NCBI RefSeq assembly: GCF_006345805.1
Contig: NC_043003.1
Coordinates: forward strand, 34,100,001-34,164,000
Length of the DNA: 64,000 nt
Origin: Octopus sinensis
Taxonomy: Eukaryota
Reading direction: 5' to 3'
Below the pieces are notes generated by a model. It had not been told where the DNA came from. It did no database searches and was given only the letters and a program-made list of their open reading frames with translations. The position numbers were made by a program, and so were the translations under genes. Numbering within the stretch: the stretch's first letter is position 1; each line of letters begins with the position of its first letter. Below are positions 1 to 13,399 of this stretch, in pieces.

Positions 1-627
1 AAAGTGAATGTAGTTCAGGATATTAATTTTAAACATAGAAACGAAAAGAGTCATTATGGAGGCTTGGACATTTTACGCTTAATATAACTTAGCCAGAGGA
101 AAGTAAGCACCTCTCTTCTTTTCACCTAGAAAATTGGGAATATGGTTGTAACTTATCTTGAAGTCGACAACTTGTCTCCAATGCTTGCAAAATAGTAGAT
201 TCCGCTAAAGTCACACCAAATATGGGTGCTGGTGCTAAAGAATGGTATGTATTAAGTACATCAAAGATCAAAGTACATCTCTGCTACGTATTTTTATTGG
301 CTTTGATTTGATAGACTGCAAAGTTGACATTGAAACTCGGGGCACAGATCAAGTTCTATTTTCGATTGCTAACTGAATAACCATCACTCAACTTATGCAT
401 CAAATATGCAGGAGAAAGAATAAATGAGCTGAAATTTCACCCTCTCGGCTTTTACAAATGTAACACAAATATGTTTATTAGCATTTAAGTAAGTCTAAGT
501 TGACAACCACTATGTAAACTTCAGAAAAATCACAAGTCACAACATTCCATTGTTAACCTCTACAAATTTCAGTCCATGAGTCTAACCAAAAGAATTCCTT
601 AATATTCCGATTGCACAAATGTTACTG

Positions 628-695
628 ACAGGCGAGATAGCAGAAACGTTAGCACGCCAGGCGAAATGCTTGGTGACAATTCGTCTGTCTTTACG
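628..695 (+). mobile_element. Meta-type (OR1-like) SINE, 5' head fragment
   Basis: GGCGAGATAGCAGAAACGTTAGCACGCCAGGCGAAATGCTT matches the head of the complete copies at 18455, 33142 and 37852. Confidence 0.75.
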
Positions 696-1284
696 GGATT
701 ATCGCTCAGACGCAGATGCACTCTGCATCGACAACAGATTGCATTCCCAGAATACAGAATGATACCCTTTAGTGAACGTATTGAGAAATGCGCAAAGCAA
801 CTACTACCACAATTTATAATCTTTTTATTCTATCAATGTGCTATTGGAACACCAACACAAGTTAGATTAAACAAGGAAACATTCTTCATTGAAAAATATA
901 AACCAAAACTTAACCATTTCTAACATTTTGAAACAAGGAAACTCATCTCATTGAAAAAAATATAAAGCAACACCAAACCACATTCTATTCCTTCTAAACT
1001 AAATAATGTTTATTTAGTCATACCCAACATGTTTGATTATCTCCCTTATACCGGAAGAAATCCCTGATTACCTTGCCCTGCCTGGAACCCCATATTTCAC
1101 AACATAGCGAAGACATGACACGATGTAGGTAAAGAAATTTGAGAAATTTGAAAAGAAAATACGAAACCGGTTATTTCTCCAAAAACTATGTTACTATACA
1201 CGAAATTTTATAAAATTTTTCTAAGATAACAACTTAAATATATTCTTTAACCTTATAACAAAAGCCTTCTGTAGTTTTTTCACT

Positions 1285-1322
<38 letters not shown>

Positions 1323-2505
1323 ACCCATTTAATATTTAACATAATAAATGGGTTGTATGACATAATCCTAATGTTTTAAGTTTCTAATTTAGATAATAGA
1401 ATTTTTTTATAAGAAAAATTATTATTTTATTTATTTCTTAAAAAATATTGTTTAACTCTCTTTGCTTATTTATTTAACTATTATCATTAACCTGAAGATT
1501 GACTATAATTTTAATTCGAATTTTCAATTGAATTTAAACTTAATTGTAATTCGAATTGAATTATAGCCATGAAACGTACGTAGTGTTTTTACTTATTATA
1601 TTATATTTAACTTTTAATACATTTTGGTTAGTAATATAATTTTTTTTAATTTAAAAAATTTAATAATTAAAAAATTTAAAAAATTTAAAAACTTTAAATT
1701 CTAATAATTTAAATTTTAAATTTTATATTTCATATATATATTGTATATTATATTAATTATATATATTTTTTTTATGTTTTGGTTTATGTCTATCACTGTT
1801 TGAGTTGCCTAATAGTGGTTTTATCGCTAATTTAATTTACATTTATACTGTGAAATTTAATTTAATCCTAAATCTAATTTTTCCCCTGTAAGTTTGGATA
1901 TACTCCCTAATATTATTATGATATATATATATATATATATATATAAACCGTTGAGTGTAAAAATTTTGATGCGATAAAAAATTTCCAGTATCTTATAGAA
2001 ATATGAACTTGTCAACAAGGAAACATCTACATTCAACAAAAACCTGCGAACTGATAATGGAAGTGCAACACACATCACCCAATTTTTTCCACCTTAACTG
2101 AGGGGTGCTTTGCAGCAGTCAAACAGATAAATAGATATAAGCGATAAAATGAGTCCTTTTAATATACACATTATAGACATGAATAACAAAAAGGCGCGAT
2201 AGTATATCAGTATTGTGGTGTCTTAGATGAATGCTGAAGATGTTGGATATAGAGAGCATGTGATAAAAGTAGCGGAATGTTTTGATGAGTAGAGATCAGT
2301 GAAAAGTGCCATAATACAATATGTAGATGACAGAAAAAACAAAGGTGTGAACACCTCGTGACAATGGGTTAATCGTAGTGAAGGAGGATCTGTAGAACAC
2401 AGGGTGTGAGAGGAAATATACTGATTTTCATAAGAACAACATAATAAATTGAATGGAGAACAGTAGGAGGAAAATATTCATGAGCGCACCGTAGCCTGTG
2501 GGAAG

Positions 2506-2745
2506 TGAAGAAGAAGAAGAAGGAGAAGAGAAGAAGAAGAAGAAGAAGAAGAAGAAGAAGAAGAAGGAGGAGAAGAAGAAGAAGAAGGAGAAGAAGAAGA
2601 AGAGAAGAAGAAGAAGAAGAAGAAGAAGAAGAAGGAGAAGAAGAAGAAGAAGAAGGAGAAGAGAAGAAGAAGAAGAAGAAGAAGAAGAAGAAGAAGAAGA
2701 AGAAGAAGACGAAGAAGAAAACGAAGGAGAAGATAATGATGGTGA
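2506..2745 (+). repeat. (GAA)n/(GGA) polypurine microsatellite
   Basis: ~210 bp of GAA with GGA/GAG interruptions followed by GAT; source of the poly-K/E/R ORFs. Confidence 0.95.
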
Positions 2746-4719
2746 TAATGATGGGATGGTGATTATTGAAAATGTAGTTTTACCTGGTAATGTTTTTAAA
2801 TCTCACTTTAATAGCTTATCACTTTCAATAGGATCATATTTACACCGAAATATACCAATGCCATAAACATTCCGTACGGTCTCCAAAAATACGCTTATAA
2901 CATATTCAGGACAAAATATATATTATCTCGCTAATTATCTGAACATATTTGTTTCCACCAAAATATACCTGAGATCTTATAGAACTTTGCATTAGAGAAT
3001 AAAGTTCATTTTTCTTTTTCCAGACTTATAATTCCATTCACTCTAAGCATAGCTTATAGTGATATACATCAACAATAGTACTTGACTTCTAGTTCAGGTT
3101 TTCTTCCCCCGAAAAAAAGGTTAAGTAAAGATAACCTTAAAGGGATTTCTCCTCAGAACATATATATTCGGAACAAAATACTTATATTTTTTCTCCGATG
3201 CTCAACTGATTCAGCTCGTTTGCCTTTACTGATTGAAACAAATTGATTAAAAGCATCATATCCAATGTACCTCACGCCCTGAAGCAACATAAGTTGTTTA
3301 CATCTTCTAGAAATAGGAAAGGTATCATTATGTTTTAGGTAAATATTTGCAAATTCTGCTACATATTTGTTGGTTTCAGTATTTATTCCTTTAATAATAG
3401 CATTTAACCAGGACATTTCCAACCCAAATATTCAACCAGTCAATATTCATTTCCAGCTCAAATATTCATATTTTATGTTCAAAGAGGCCTAATACAAGCT
3501 CTCACATCTATCTTACAATATCAGTCAAAACATAAATAATCATTTCATCGAAACCACAAAGCTACGAGACAATGCATAATTAATTCAAAACAATATGAAT
3601 AATAAAATCCTTACATTTGACAGAATAATCTCTAAGCAAAAGAGATGATATATATTTACCTTTTACTTGTTTAAGTTATTAGACTGCAACCACACTGGGG
3701 TACCATTCAGTTCTCTACATTCATTAGAGTATCATTTATCATTATCTTTAAGCTATTATTTATTTATTGTATTTTCAAATGCAACTGGTCAACGATAACG
3801 CCGTTCAGTACGGGTTTCCCAAAGGGACCGATCACAAATTTCTTATATTTCTTACAACGAGGAGTACCACGTCGAGTTTGTTACTAGATTCTCAACATAT
3901 GTATCAAATTTCTTCAAAATGCACAGTGTTTTCGGTTTCCTTCCGGTACCTATATCCTTTCTGTGTTTATCTTTCAGTGATCTACGTCGACGAAAGACAC
4001 GCGCGCACACACACACACATACATACATACATACATATATACATACATACATACATACATACATACATACATACACAAACACACATCTGTGATAACTGTC
4101 ATATGTTTTAGGGCATGTTCATGCGAAGAAGCGTAGCTTTGTGGCTTAGTATGTTCGATTCAACATCATAAGATTGTAAGTTCAATCCTTGAACGTGCGA
4201 CAAACCACAATCTACAGACCTGCAATGAGTGGCAGATGAATGCTGCCTTCTCCAATTCAATTTGTCACACACTGAAAGTCCCAATGAGCCAAAATTAAGG
4301 ACTTTACTTAAGCACGTAAAACAAATAGCGAAAGCATGTTCAATTTTCCGAGACAAACACGTTTGCGACTAACGGCTGGCTGTTCATATCTTACGTCAAA
4401 TGATAGATATAGTTTTCTAAATATCTTCGTCTGAGTCACAGTTTAGATATCCTCTATTTAATGTTTTAGTGAGAAACTTACTTCTATAATATCTTATATC
4501 GTTTACAATTGTTATGTTTCTTGGTACTTAATGATGTATATAAATAATTTGATTAATTTTATAGAATCTATTCATATGTATGTTTTTGAGAATTTGTTTT
4601 GTACTTTTATAAGTTTATGTCATGTTTACAAGCAATATGGTGATGGCTAAATCAATCATTGTATATCTGTCCATTCTGTCCACGATAAAAGACATGTATT
4701 GACACACGCATATATATAT

Positions 4720-4908
4720 CATGTTTGGCCGCTAAATCCACAAGTCTTTTTTTAATTCTCTCTCTGTTTATTTTCTCTTATTCCTTTCTGTTGAAGAACG
4801 TAGGCTCGAAACGTAAAAGACTTTTTCACTTTCCCAAGCGTCAAACTAATACACCTGCTTGTTATCCATACACCTGTCTACGTCTTTTGTCTTTTTATAA
4901 ATTTCAAC
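4720..4908 (+). mobile_element. Penelope-like pLTR / hammerhead-bearing repeat, copy 1
   Basis: Homologous along its length to 45921-46110; flanked by TA-rich repeats; contains the hammerhead motif. Confidence 0.7.
4784..4819 (+). ncRNA. Minimal type-I hammerhead-like motif, variant core
   Basis: CTTT-CTGTTGA-A-GAAC GTAG GCTC-GAAAC-GTA-AAAG: 4-bp stem I, stem II with one mismatch, palindromic ACGT helix III. Confidence 0.55.
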
Positions 4909-4940
4909 TATAGATATACATATATACAGATAAATAAGTT

Positions 4941-5026
<86 letters not shown>

Positions 5027-5697
5027 TGTGTGTGTGTGTGTGCGTGTGTGTGTGAGTGTGTACAAAGTATGGGAGTTTAGTTGTTCACATGTGATCTAAA
5101 CAATTAGGTACGCTGGTTAAGTGCTGTAACGAATTACTGGGGTTCCAAGGTTACAACCGAGACGGCAGTTATGGAGCTATAGCAGATTTCCGATGCAGCA
5201 GATATATTATTGTTAAACAGGACGTCAAACATTAAGGCAAGGCAAACATCACCAAGTCATATACAATATTATTATAGGGAGAAATTCAAAATCTTACAGC
5301 TGTTTCTGGAATATCCCCTAGTATGGGATATTCCGTCCTCAGAGACAAATATGATATGGAATATGAGAATGGTATATATTAATAAGATGACAACATAGAG
5401 GAAGGGAAATGGAAAAATAGAAGAAAAAGGAAGTATAAAATTTCATAGTTTCAACTTTCCGAAGTTATAAAAACCAGAGCATGAGTCCTTAGCTGCAATC
5501 CTGCGTAGATACATATATATCTATATTTCTGTGTAGTCTACTTTTTAAAAATTATTCCATTTCACTATTATATAAAGTCTGATGATGCTTATACAAAAAT
5601 ACAGAAGAAATACGAAATATATTTGTTGTATAATTAGACAGAAAATTTCCTTTATATTAATCTCCTATTGTCCTTCCCGTTGTTTGTCGATGTTGCT

Positions 5698-5699
5698 GT

Positions 5700-5738
<39 letters not shown>

Positions 5739-5805
5739 GGAGGAGGAGGAGGAGGAGGAGGAGGAGGAGAAAGAGGATGAGGAAGAAGTTGAGGATGATA
5801 CCGAA
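5698..5805 (+). repeat. (GAT)n(GAG)n microsatellite
   Basis: Direct reading; explains the poly-D/E and poly-M/R ORFs. Confidence 0.95.
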
Positions 5806-6677
5806 GTTATAAACAAATTTCCATATAATAGTCACATAAATGCCCATAGAATTTTATGTGTCGTTTCAAGAGAACTATTTGGATTAAATCAAGTAATTTA
5901 AAATTTTTTTCTCTTCTTTTTCTCCCTTTCAACTTCTTTGCAATCGCCAGAGTCTTCCGTTAAGCCGAAGCACATCGATTTGATACTTAATTTCATATTT
6001 TACTTCATTTATCTTTCATTTTTAATTAGTGATTTAGCTTAATCCCTCGTGTGATCCGTTTGGTTAATCTTTTAGGGAAATATTTTTCTCGGTACATTGT
6101 TCGTATTTTATGATTCATCAAAATCGAAATGATTTTCAGTGAAAGATTTAACCGTAAAGTTAATTATTTGTAAATAAAGGAACACATGTATAATTGAAAT
6201 ATTTTTAATTATTATTTGTTTTTTAATTACAAACGTCATAAAATGTTTTATAATTTTGCATTGCACTATATGCATATTATGCGTGGGGGTTGGTGTGGTG
6301 TGTGTATGTGTTTGTGTGTGTGCGTACGCGCACATGTTTGTGTGTATAGTGGTGTAAATACAACAAATACATTAAACATTAAAAAGGAGATATTTATTTT
6401 CATCTTTTTTTTATTTAATAAAATGCTTCCTAGAAGAAAGAAGTTATTTCTAAGAAAATCAAATATATATAAATAAAAAGTAATAGTTCCATTGCTGGAA
6501 CTTTAATAGCAAAAAAAAGAAATTTATATCGAACTTTAGAAAATTCTTGAGAAAATTTTAGTTTCAACCGCAGAATGTATTTATAGACTATATTTAGCAG
6601 GTCTCTTTCTTTGTCTGAAAACCGTAGCTTCTACAAACTGTCTCTTAGACCTTTGCTGATATAACTAAGTGCACCAA

Positions 6678-6795
6678 AGCAGCAATCTAGCAGAATCGTT
6701 ACCGCTCCGGACAAATAGCTAAGCACTGGGGTCGTTTTAATCGATTCATCCTTTCGTTCTTCCTTCAAAATTGCCTGCCTTGTGCAAAAATTTGT
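6678..6795 (+). mobile_element. Decayed Meta-type SINE with old-type tail
   Basis: CAGAATCGTTA..., CACTGGGGTCG..., tail GCCTTGTGCAAAAATTTG. Confidence 0.55.
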
Positions 6796-6999
6796 AATTA
6801 ATATAACTAATCCATCAATAACTATTGGTATAAATTTGGATTTGTAATTAGGCTAAAGGACCTGTGGATTCCGAAGCAGTTGTTTATAAATATGCTCCTT
6901 CTCCAAGATTTTGAAAAGATGTCTTCATCTGCAGGGCAGCTAACTTTTGTGACTACAAAATGTTTCCTTTAAGTCTTACATAACTATATGAAGCTTTGC

Positions 7000-8335
7000 A
7001 CTTTGTAGAACTTTTGAAGGGATGGTTCACTGATATTTTTTATGTCGATATCATATATTCAGTAACAGTTGCTTAGGGTAGTCTTTTCTCTTGATGACAT
7101 TATATATTGTTTTAAAATCATCTCCAGAAAGTAGTATCATAATTTATAGAGACATTTTCTGACCTCAGAAGTCATACATTCTGTCAGACTCTTTCGATAC
7201 CTGGAATTGGGTGTCACTTTCCAGGTTAGACTTAAGAACAAGCTAAATTTTGCGAGTTAGTTAACCATGTTACCTATCTTCGGAAAGGAGTCAGAAACTA
7301 ATTGTGTATGTTAGTTGCTCGCCTGAGAGTAATATACACATCCGCTTCTTGTATCGGTGATCAGGATCCCTTACTGCTACTATCAGTGACCATTATTGGG
7401 ACTATCTACAGCCATCATTGGGGTATGATCACATCACTTATATTTCACCGAAAATTCCTTTGCAATGAAATCTTAATCCACTTTTCTAAAGCATCTTCTT
7501 TTGACGGCAATTGGCTTACAGTTTGGAGGCAAGTTTGGAAAGAAGTGTGGTTCTTGAATTTCTCCTACACCCAGTTAATTCAGACAGAGGCTCTCTGTAT
7601 TCAAGTTTCACTCTCAGATACTGGTGTAGGGAATCATGTCCAAGTATCACGTCAGAACCCAGCTACCTCAAAATGTTAAACAGTCGACAAGGTATAATTT
7701 GTAATCAAGGCTAAGAGTCACATATGCAAGAATATATTCCTTGGTTTCGGTATTAGAGGTTCTTCGACCCATATTAAAGTCTTTACTGGATGGGTAACCT
7801 TCAGTTTTAGTTCTTCCTGCACAGCATTCTAGCTAAGAAATCTTAGAGGGCACTTAATCTTTTCCTATTCAAAATCAGAAATGTCGTAGCCTATTACCAG
7901 TTCTTGCCGTATATTAGTAAATGTTGTCTGTAAGATCGACCTTTCTGTTCCTTAAAAGTGTCTGAAAGTTTAACCAATTTCTTTCTCAAACCTGCGATTC
8001 CTGTAGTAGTTAAAAATTTATTACGACAACCGTATGGGCGTCTGGGTTGCGTATATATTGTCCTCGCCTTGAATTTGGTTACAAGCAATCTCAAAGTCCA
8101 TCGTTTTGTTTCTTAAGAGGCAGCGGTGTATTGCAGTCGAGGTTATGCCAGCACTGAACGCGACAAGCTTCGCATCGTTACCACACTGCTCCGCACGACC
8201 GATCCCGGAAATTGCAACTTTTCTGTAGCTTCTCCAAATCTCTGCAAACATTCATCTAATGATTTGTCTGGCTTCTGTCGCCTCGTAGCTAGTAAGCATC
8301 CAGCAAAAATTTCGTTGGGAATCTTCATGAGTTAG
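7000..8335 (-). mobile_element. Decayed Ty3/Gypsy LTR retrotransposon internal region (gag-protease-RT)
   Basis: Minus-strand translation with stops and frameshifts: gag NEIFAGCLLATRRQKPDKSLDE and EQCGNDAKLVAFSAGITSTAIHRCLLRNKTMDFE; protease end LGSDVILGHD; RT start FPNLPPNCKPIAVK and KKRMCI.YSQ...FPKIGNMVN*LAKFSLF. Confidence 0.85.
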
Positions 8336-8504
8336 TTGTGCAATTAGTCTGCGTTTCTGTCACTGTCTCTCTTGTTAATACGCGCGCGCACGCACACACA
8401 TTCGCACACACGCACACACACACACACTCTCTCTCTCTAAATTTATATATATGTCTTGTGTGTTTCTACGTATATGTGTCTGTATGTGTATATACAAACA
8501 TGTA

Positions 8505-8674
8505 TATCTATATCTATCTATCTATATCTGTCTATCTATAACTATCTATCTATATATATACAGAGAGAGAGGAGGGAGAGAGAGGGAGAGACAGACAGAC
8601 AGACAAACAAACTGACAGACAGACGGACGGACCGACAGATAGACGGACAGTCAGGCAGACATAGATAGATAGAC

Positions 8675-8742
<68 letters not shown>

Positions 8743-8765
8743 GATGGATAGACAGACAGACAGAG

Positions 8766-8844
<79 letters not shown>

Positions 8845-8859
8845 GATAGATAGATAGAT

Positions 8860-8914
<55 letters not shown>
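8505..8914 (+). repeat. Compound (TCTA)/(GACA)/(GATA)n microsatellite
   Basis: Direct reading. Confidence 0.95.
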
Positions 8915-8986
8915 TGTTTCTTTATTAGCCACACAGGGCTGCACACAGATAGAACAAATTACAAGGTAGAGCTTTTCTTTTGAAGG

Positions 8987-9024
<38 letters not shown>

Positions 9025-9074
9025 GGAAGGGGGAGGTTCGATCAAAAGGGATCGTAAAAGGAGAGAAAGAGGAC

Positions 9075-9106
<32 letters not shown>

Positions 9107-9109
9107 GGG

Positions 9110-9144
<35 letters not shown>

Positions 9145-10057
9145 ATCAATAGGGATCGTTATCACAGAAATGTCAATATGAAGTGTAAAGGGGAGGACAG
9201 GTGAGGTTTATCCGTGGAAAGAAAAGCCTACGGAAAAGACCACGGTAACCTCGGTCAATGAAGTCACATTTTATATTTCTTTTTTTTTTTTTTTTTTTTT
9301 TTTTGCAAATAAGTAACTCTCTGTTTTCGATTTCTGGGTTCATAGGACTATGCTCAAGGTGGCTTCGTCATTCATACGTGCCATTCTTGCAACATTCACC
9401 CATCTTTTTTTAAAACATTCGCTAGACAAAACTTGCCTCTCTACTCTCACTTTCCTTTTCAAGTGGTACTTGAAGAAGTTGATGAGAGATTGACCAGAGA
9501 GGAAAGTGTTTGTCTCCAATCCTTTCAGACGCGTCCACCAGATACATTCTTTCGCCATAGCCACAAGGATGATGAAAATAGCTCTTCCTTCCCGTTTGAA
9601 GGAAGGAGGCGTGACAATATTGACGATAGACTCAGCTGATAAACCGACTCGTCCCACACGTGACAGCAGTTGTTCGACATAAGCCCACAGGTCGGAAATT
9701 GTTGGACACTGAACGAGTGCGTGCAGAACGGTTTCGTCGCTCTGACCGCATCTCGGGCAGGTCGGCCCCGTGTTTCTCGAGCCGTGTCTGTAGAGCTTAT
9801 CCCGAACGGGTAGCGCTTCTCGGTAGCACTGCCAGGCCAGGGATCTCTGGAAGTTGTCCATGGGCCCTGGCCCGAAAGTCGTCCCGAACAGGCGGGTCAG
9901 GTACTCCTCGTCGACGTCCAGGTTCGCCCCGAGCTCGTCGTCGTACCTCCCCTCCACTAAACCCCTATAGAATGCTTTGGTTGTGTTGAAGTCACTTAAG
10001 GTCGACCCAGGACGGCAGACTTGCTTGAGAGCAACGCGACACTCGCGGTGCCATTCG
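8915..10057 (-). mobile_element. Young 5'-truncated Tx1/L1-type non-LTR retrotransposon
   Basis: Uninterrupted frame 9340-10057 encoding the ORF2 C-terminus with zf-RVT motif CPRCGQSDETVLHALVQC; T-tract-rich 3' UTR; ends GCCCTGTGTGGCTAATAAAGAAACA; (GATA)n on both sides. Confidence 0.9.
9340..10057 (-). CDS. Tx1-like ORF2 C-terminal fragment (RT-associated zinc-binding domain)
   Basis: ~240 stop-free codons; LAWQCYREALPVRDKLYRHG..CPRCG...ETVLHALVQC..W; the N-terminal IYLS residues in the ORF track come from the microsatellite. Confidence 0.85.
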
Positions 10058-10095
<38 letters not shown>

Positions 10096-10176
10096 CATTT
10101 GTATTATAAAATAAGCAACAAAAATTTCTGTAAGACTACAATTTGATGCCTCACCTCAACATTTTTCCGTGATGCG

Positions 10177-10591
10177 TTTTACTCTTTTACTCTTTTATTT
10201 GTTTCAATCATTTGACTCTGGCCATGCTGGAGCACATCCTTTAGTCGAGCAAATCGACCCCAGGACTTATTCTTTGTAAGCCTAGTACTTATTCTATCGG
10301 TCTCTTTTGCCGAACCGCTAAGTAACGGGGACGTAAATACACCAGCATCGGTTGTCAAGCGACCTTGTTGGGGGGGGGCAAATACAGACACAAACATACA
10401 CACGCACATACATACATATATACATATATACGACGGTCTTCTTTCAGTTTCCGTCTACCAAATCCACTCACAAGGGTTTGGTCGGCCTGAGGTTATAGTA
10501 GAAGACGCTTGCCCAAAGTGCCACGCAGTGGGAATGAACTCGGAACCATGTGGTTGGTAAGCAAGCTACTTACCGCACAGCCACTCCTACG
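10177..10591 (-). mobile_element. CORE-type tRNA SINE (OR2-like) with internal microsatellite
   Basis: Head GTGGCTGTGCGGTAAGTAGCTTGC, B-box-like GAGTTCATTCC, CORE-like GGCACTTTGGGCAAGCGTCTT, tail GAAACAAATAAAAGAGTAAAAGAG. Confidence 0.85.
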
Positions 10592-10649
10592 TTTCGGAAA
10601 AAAATTATCATTTTTATTGAAATTCTGATGTAAAGTATTTTGGAGTTCA

Positions 10650-11072
10650 TATCTTTTATCTTCTGTTGTTTCCTTGCTTCTATCATTAGACTGCGACCAT
10701 GCTTGAGCACCGCTCTGAACAATTTGTTTTCGTCGAAGTACCACGGTGCTTATTTTTTGTTAAGCCTGTTACTTATTCTATCCGTCTCTTTTGCCGTACC
10801 ACTAAATTACGGGACTGTAAATATACTAACATCCGTTGTCAAGCGTTGGTGGGGGGACAAATACAGACACAAAGACACACATACACACACACTCGCACAC
10901 GCACACACATATGACAGGTTTATTTCTGTTTCCGTGTACCAAATCCACTCACAAGGCTTTAGTCGGCTATAGCAGAAAACACTTGCTCAAGGTACCACGC
11001 AGCGAGACTGAACCCGAAACCATGTGGTTTGGAAGGAGTAAGATTCTTATCACATAACCACGCCTGCGCCTA
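10650..11072 (-). mobile_element. CORE-type SINE (OR2-like)
   Basis: Second copy directly adjacent, same modules and orientation. Confidence 0.85.
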
Positions 11073-12565
11073 AACTTAATATTACGTCAAAACTCTAACA
11101 TAGTCGCTAAATTCAAACATGCTGTATATTACGCAGTCTAATCAAGTGCTATATTTATCCGTTCCTGATTAGTTTCCACTGAAATTTTTAAAGATGGTTA
11201 GCCTATGTCGATATACACCAGTAGCACACAGTAACCTAGGGTCGAAATAAAAGCACTTAGATCTCAACAGTCTCTCTGAAATGAATATTTTGTAATAGTT
11301 ATCGAGCAGAATATGAATGCATTTTCGTTGTAATTATTTTATTCTATTGTTGCTAAATTTACATCTGTTAGAACATTCGATTTCGTTTACAAGTCTGGAA
11401 ACCCGTATCTATGACACTAATTAATAGCAACATAACATGAGCGCGCGTAACTGGATTGAAACATTTGAAACTGACTAGCGTACTAAAAGTACAAACATGC
11501 TGACTTCTCTTAGCTACACTACTCCTGACTGTTGTCACTTAATTCCTCTACTACTCCTTCGTTTTGGATTCCTCATTGGCGTTTCATATTATATGATTTT
11601 TCTCTATTTATAAGAATTGACATTTTTATTATAGTTTAAAGATTTTGAAAGTTTTTTTTTCTTTTCAAAATTTAAAGTTATGTCTCAGCAGAAATCAACT
11701 CGTGCTATAAAATGAATGTAGCAGCAGAAAAATTACGAGTGCAGGAATGCTATTTTAAAAAGATCAAACTTAGAAGTGCAGAAGATACGATGATGGAAGT
11801 TTTAAAATGTTGCTGCTGCAGTTAGAATTAAAATTTCAGAAATAGGTTTTAGTTTCTTCCCGATGTAAAAGTTTGACCATTCTTTAGTGTTTAACCTCTG
11901 CAGCGAAGAAAGTTCTTGATAGAACTTATTATATTTACTCTAAATAAGATATTGTGTATTATAAGAGGGGTTTGATGCACACGTAAATATCGGAGATTTA
12001 GACTATTTTTCAGAATTTCGAGATAATCAGCCCCCTTTTTCTATCCTTTTAGTGATAATAGCTGAGCTGACATTTAGACATACAGAAATGTGTTCATCTG
12101 AGGTGGAAAGTGAAAAGGATGCCTTTGAATTTGTCTTATCAAATAGGTAATGGCGTCCTGGCTGCTCAAAAACAATGAGATAAATAGTGCGATTATTTTA
12201 GGGAAATTAGTGTTTCCCCCCTACTGAGAAATTAAAATTGATCCACACTAGAGATAATAAATTCATAATCTACGCTAATGAAGCTCTCTAATTTCAACAC
12301 GCTTTTTATAACAACAACAACAAAAAAACCTGCACAAGGCATGTCTTTTACAAAGCATTGCCAACAAACCTTCTTTCCTCAAAGCACACAACATTTATAT
12401 TGTTCATATTCGACAGAAACCTTTGGGTCTGATCGCAATTAGACGTGTAGACAGCAATGCATTACAGGTGAAGAAAACTATCCCTACAAATTTAATGACT
12501 TTAGCCACAAGGTCCTCGATGGCATCATAGATATCCCTTTAATGTCTTCCCTCTATTCTTTTCGT

Positions 12566-12815
12566 GGAGGCACGTGGCTTAGTGGTTAGGGTGTCAGCAC
12601 CACGATCGTAAGAGTGTGGTTTCGATTCCTGGACCGGGCGACGCGTTGGGTTCTTGAGCAAAACACTTCATTTCACATTGCTCCAGTCCACTCAGCTGGC
12701 AAAAAGGAGTAACGCTGCGATGGACTGGCGTCCCGTCCAGCTGAGGAACACATAGGCCATAGAAACCGGGAAACAGGGCCTATGAGCCTGGCTAAGCTTT
12801 AAAAGGGCGCATTTA
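12566..12815 (+). mobile_element. Third tRNA-derived SINE family (CORE-like centre)
   Basis: A box TGGCTTAGTGG, B box GTTTCGATTCC, then TTCTTGAGCAAAACACTT...CCAGTCCACTCAGCTGG and GATGGACTGGCGTCCCGTCCAG; related copies at 32590 and 49731. Confidence 0.8.
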
Positions 12816-13399
12816 TTATTTTTTTTCTGTTATTTTCATCACAACTGACGGTATATTTAGGTATATAGCAAATCCTTATAAATACTTTTACAACATAAAA
12901 GAGAAAACAAAAATTATCATAGCATTTGCAAACACGCACATGCAACAAAACTCCCATCATTAATAACTCACCAACAAATCCTAAATAAATACAAGCTCAG
13001 AATCACAACACTCGCACACGTTCACACATGCACATGTTCACACTCGAACTTGTTCACACACACAAACACACACGCACAGACACACGCCCACACACACACA
13101 CACACACACACACAACTAACTCATTCTTGACAGTAGTAACAATCTGGGTCTACTTTCCGAACGAAATATGTGTTTGCTAAAACTACACTCTCGTAAATTA
13201 CATAATATCTCTATTTACTTACCGTTAAATTGCGTTTGTTTATTCAAATAGTTGTATCCAGAAATGTATAATTTGATCAATTAATAGGGATATTAAAGTG
13301 CAAATTTAGATATATCGATAAACTCAATGTCTACATTTAAATGCCTTTAGAATTAAATATGTATTCGTGAGTTTGTGAGAGTGTGCATACGTGTTGGTA

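Noticed and set aside
130-244. Coding exon with good AG and GTATGT signals
   Set aside because: Stop codons in all three frames; a non-coding exon cannot be excluded.
1380-1900. Mitochondrial insertion (NUMT)
   Set aside because: Only AT-richness suggests it; no recognisable mitochondrial gene, rRNA or tRNA.
2498-2866. Poly-K/E/R ORFs, and all similar IYLS, YI, CV, HT and poly-S/L/I ORFs across the window
   Set aside because: They are translations of microsatellites.
3153-3422. 89-aa minus-strand ORF as a gene
   Set aside because: No recognisable motif, TTG start, and a length expected by chance.
12566-12640. tRNA gene (also other SINE heads)
   Set aside because: A and B boxes are present but there is no convincing cloverleaf, and the sequence continues into SINE body.
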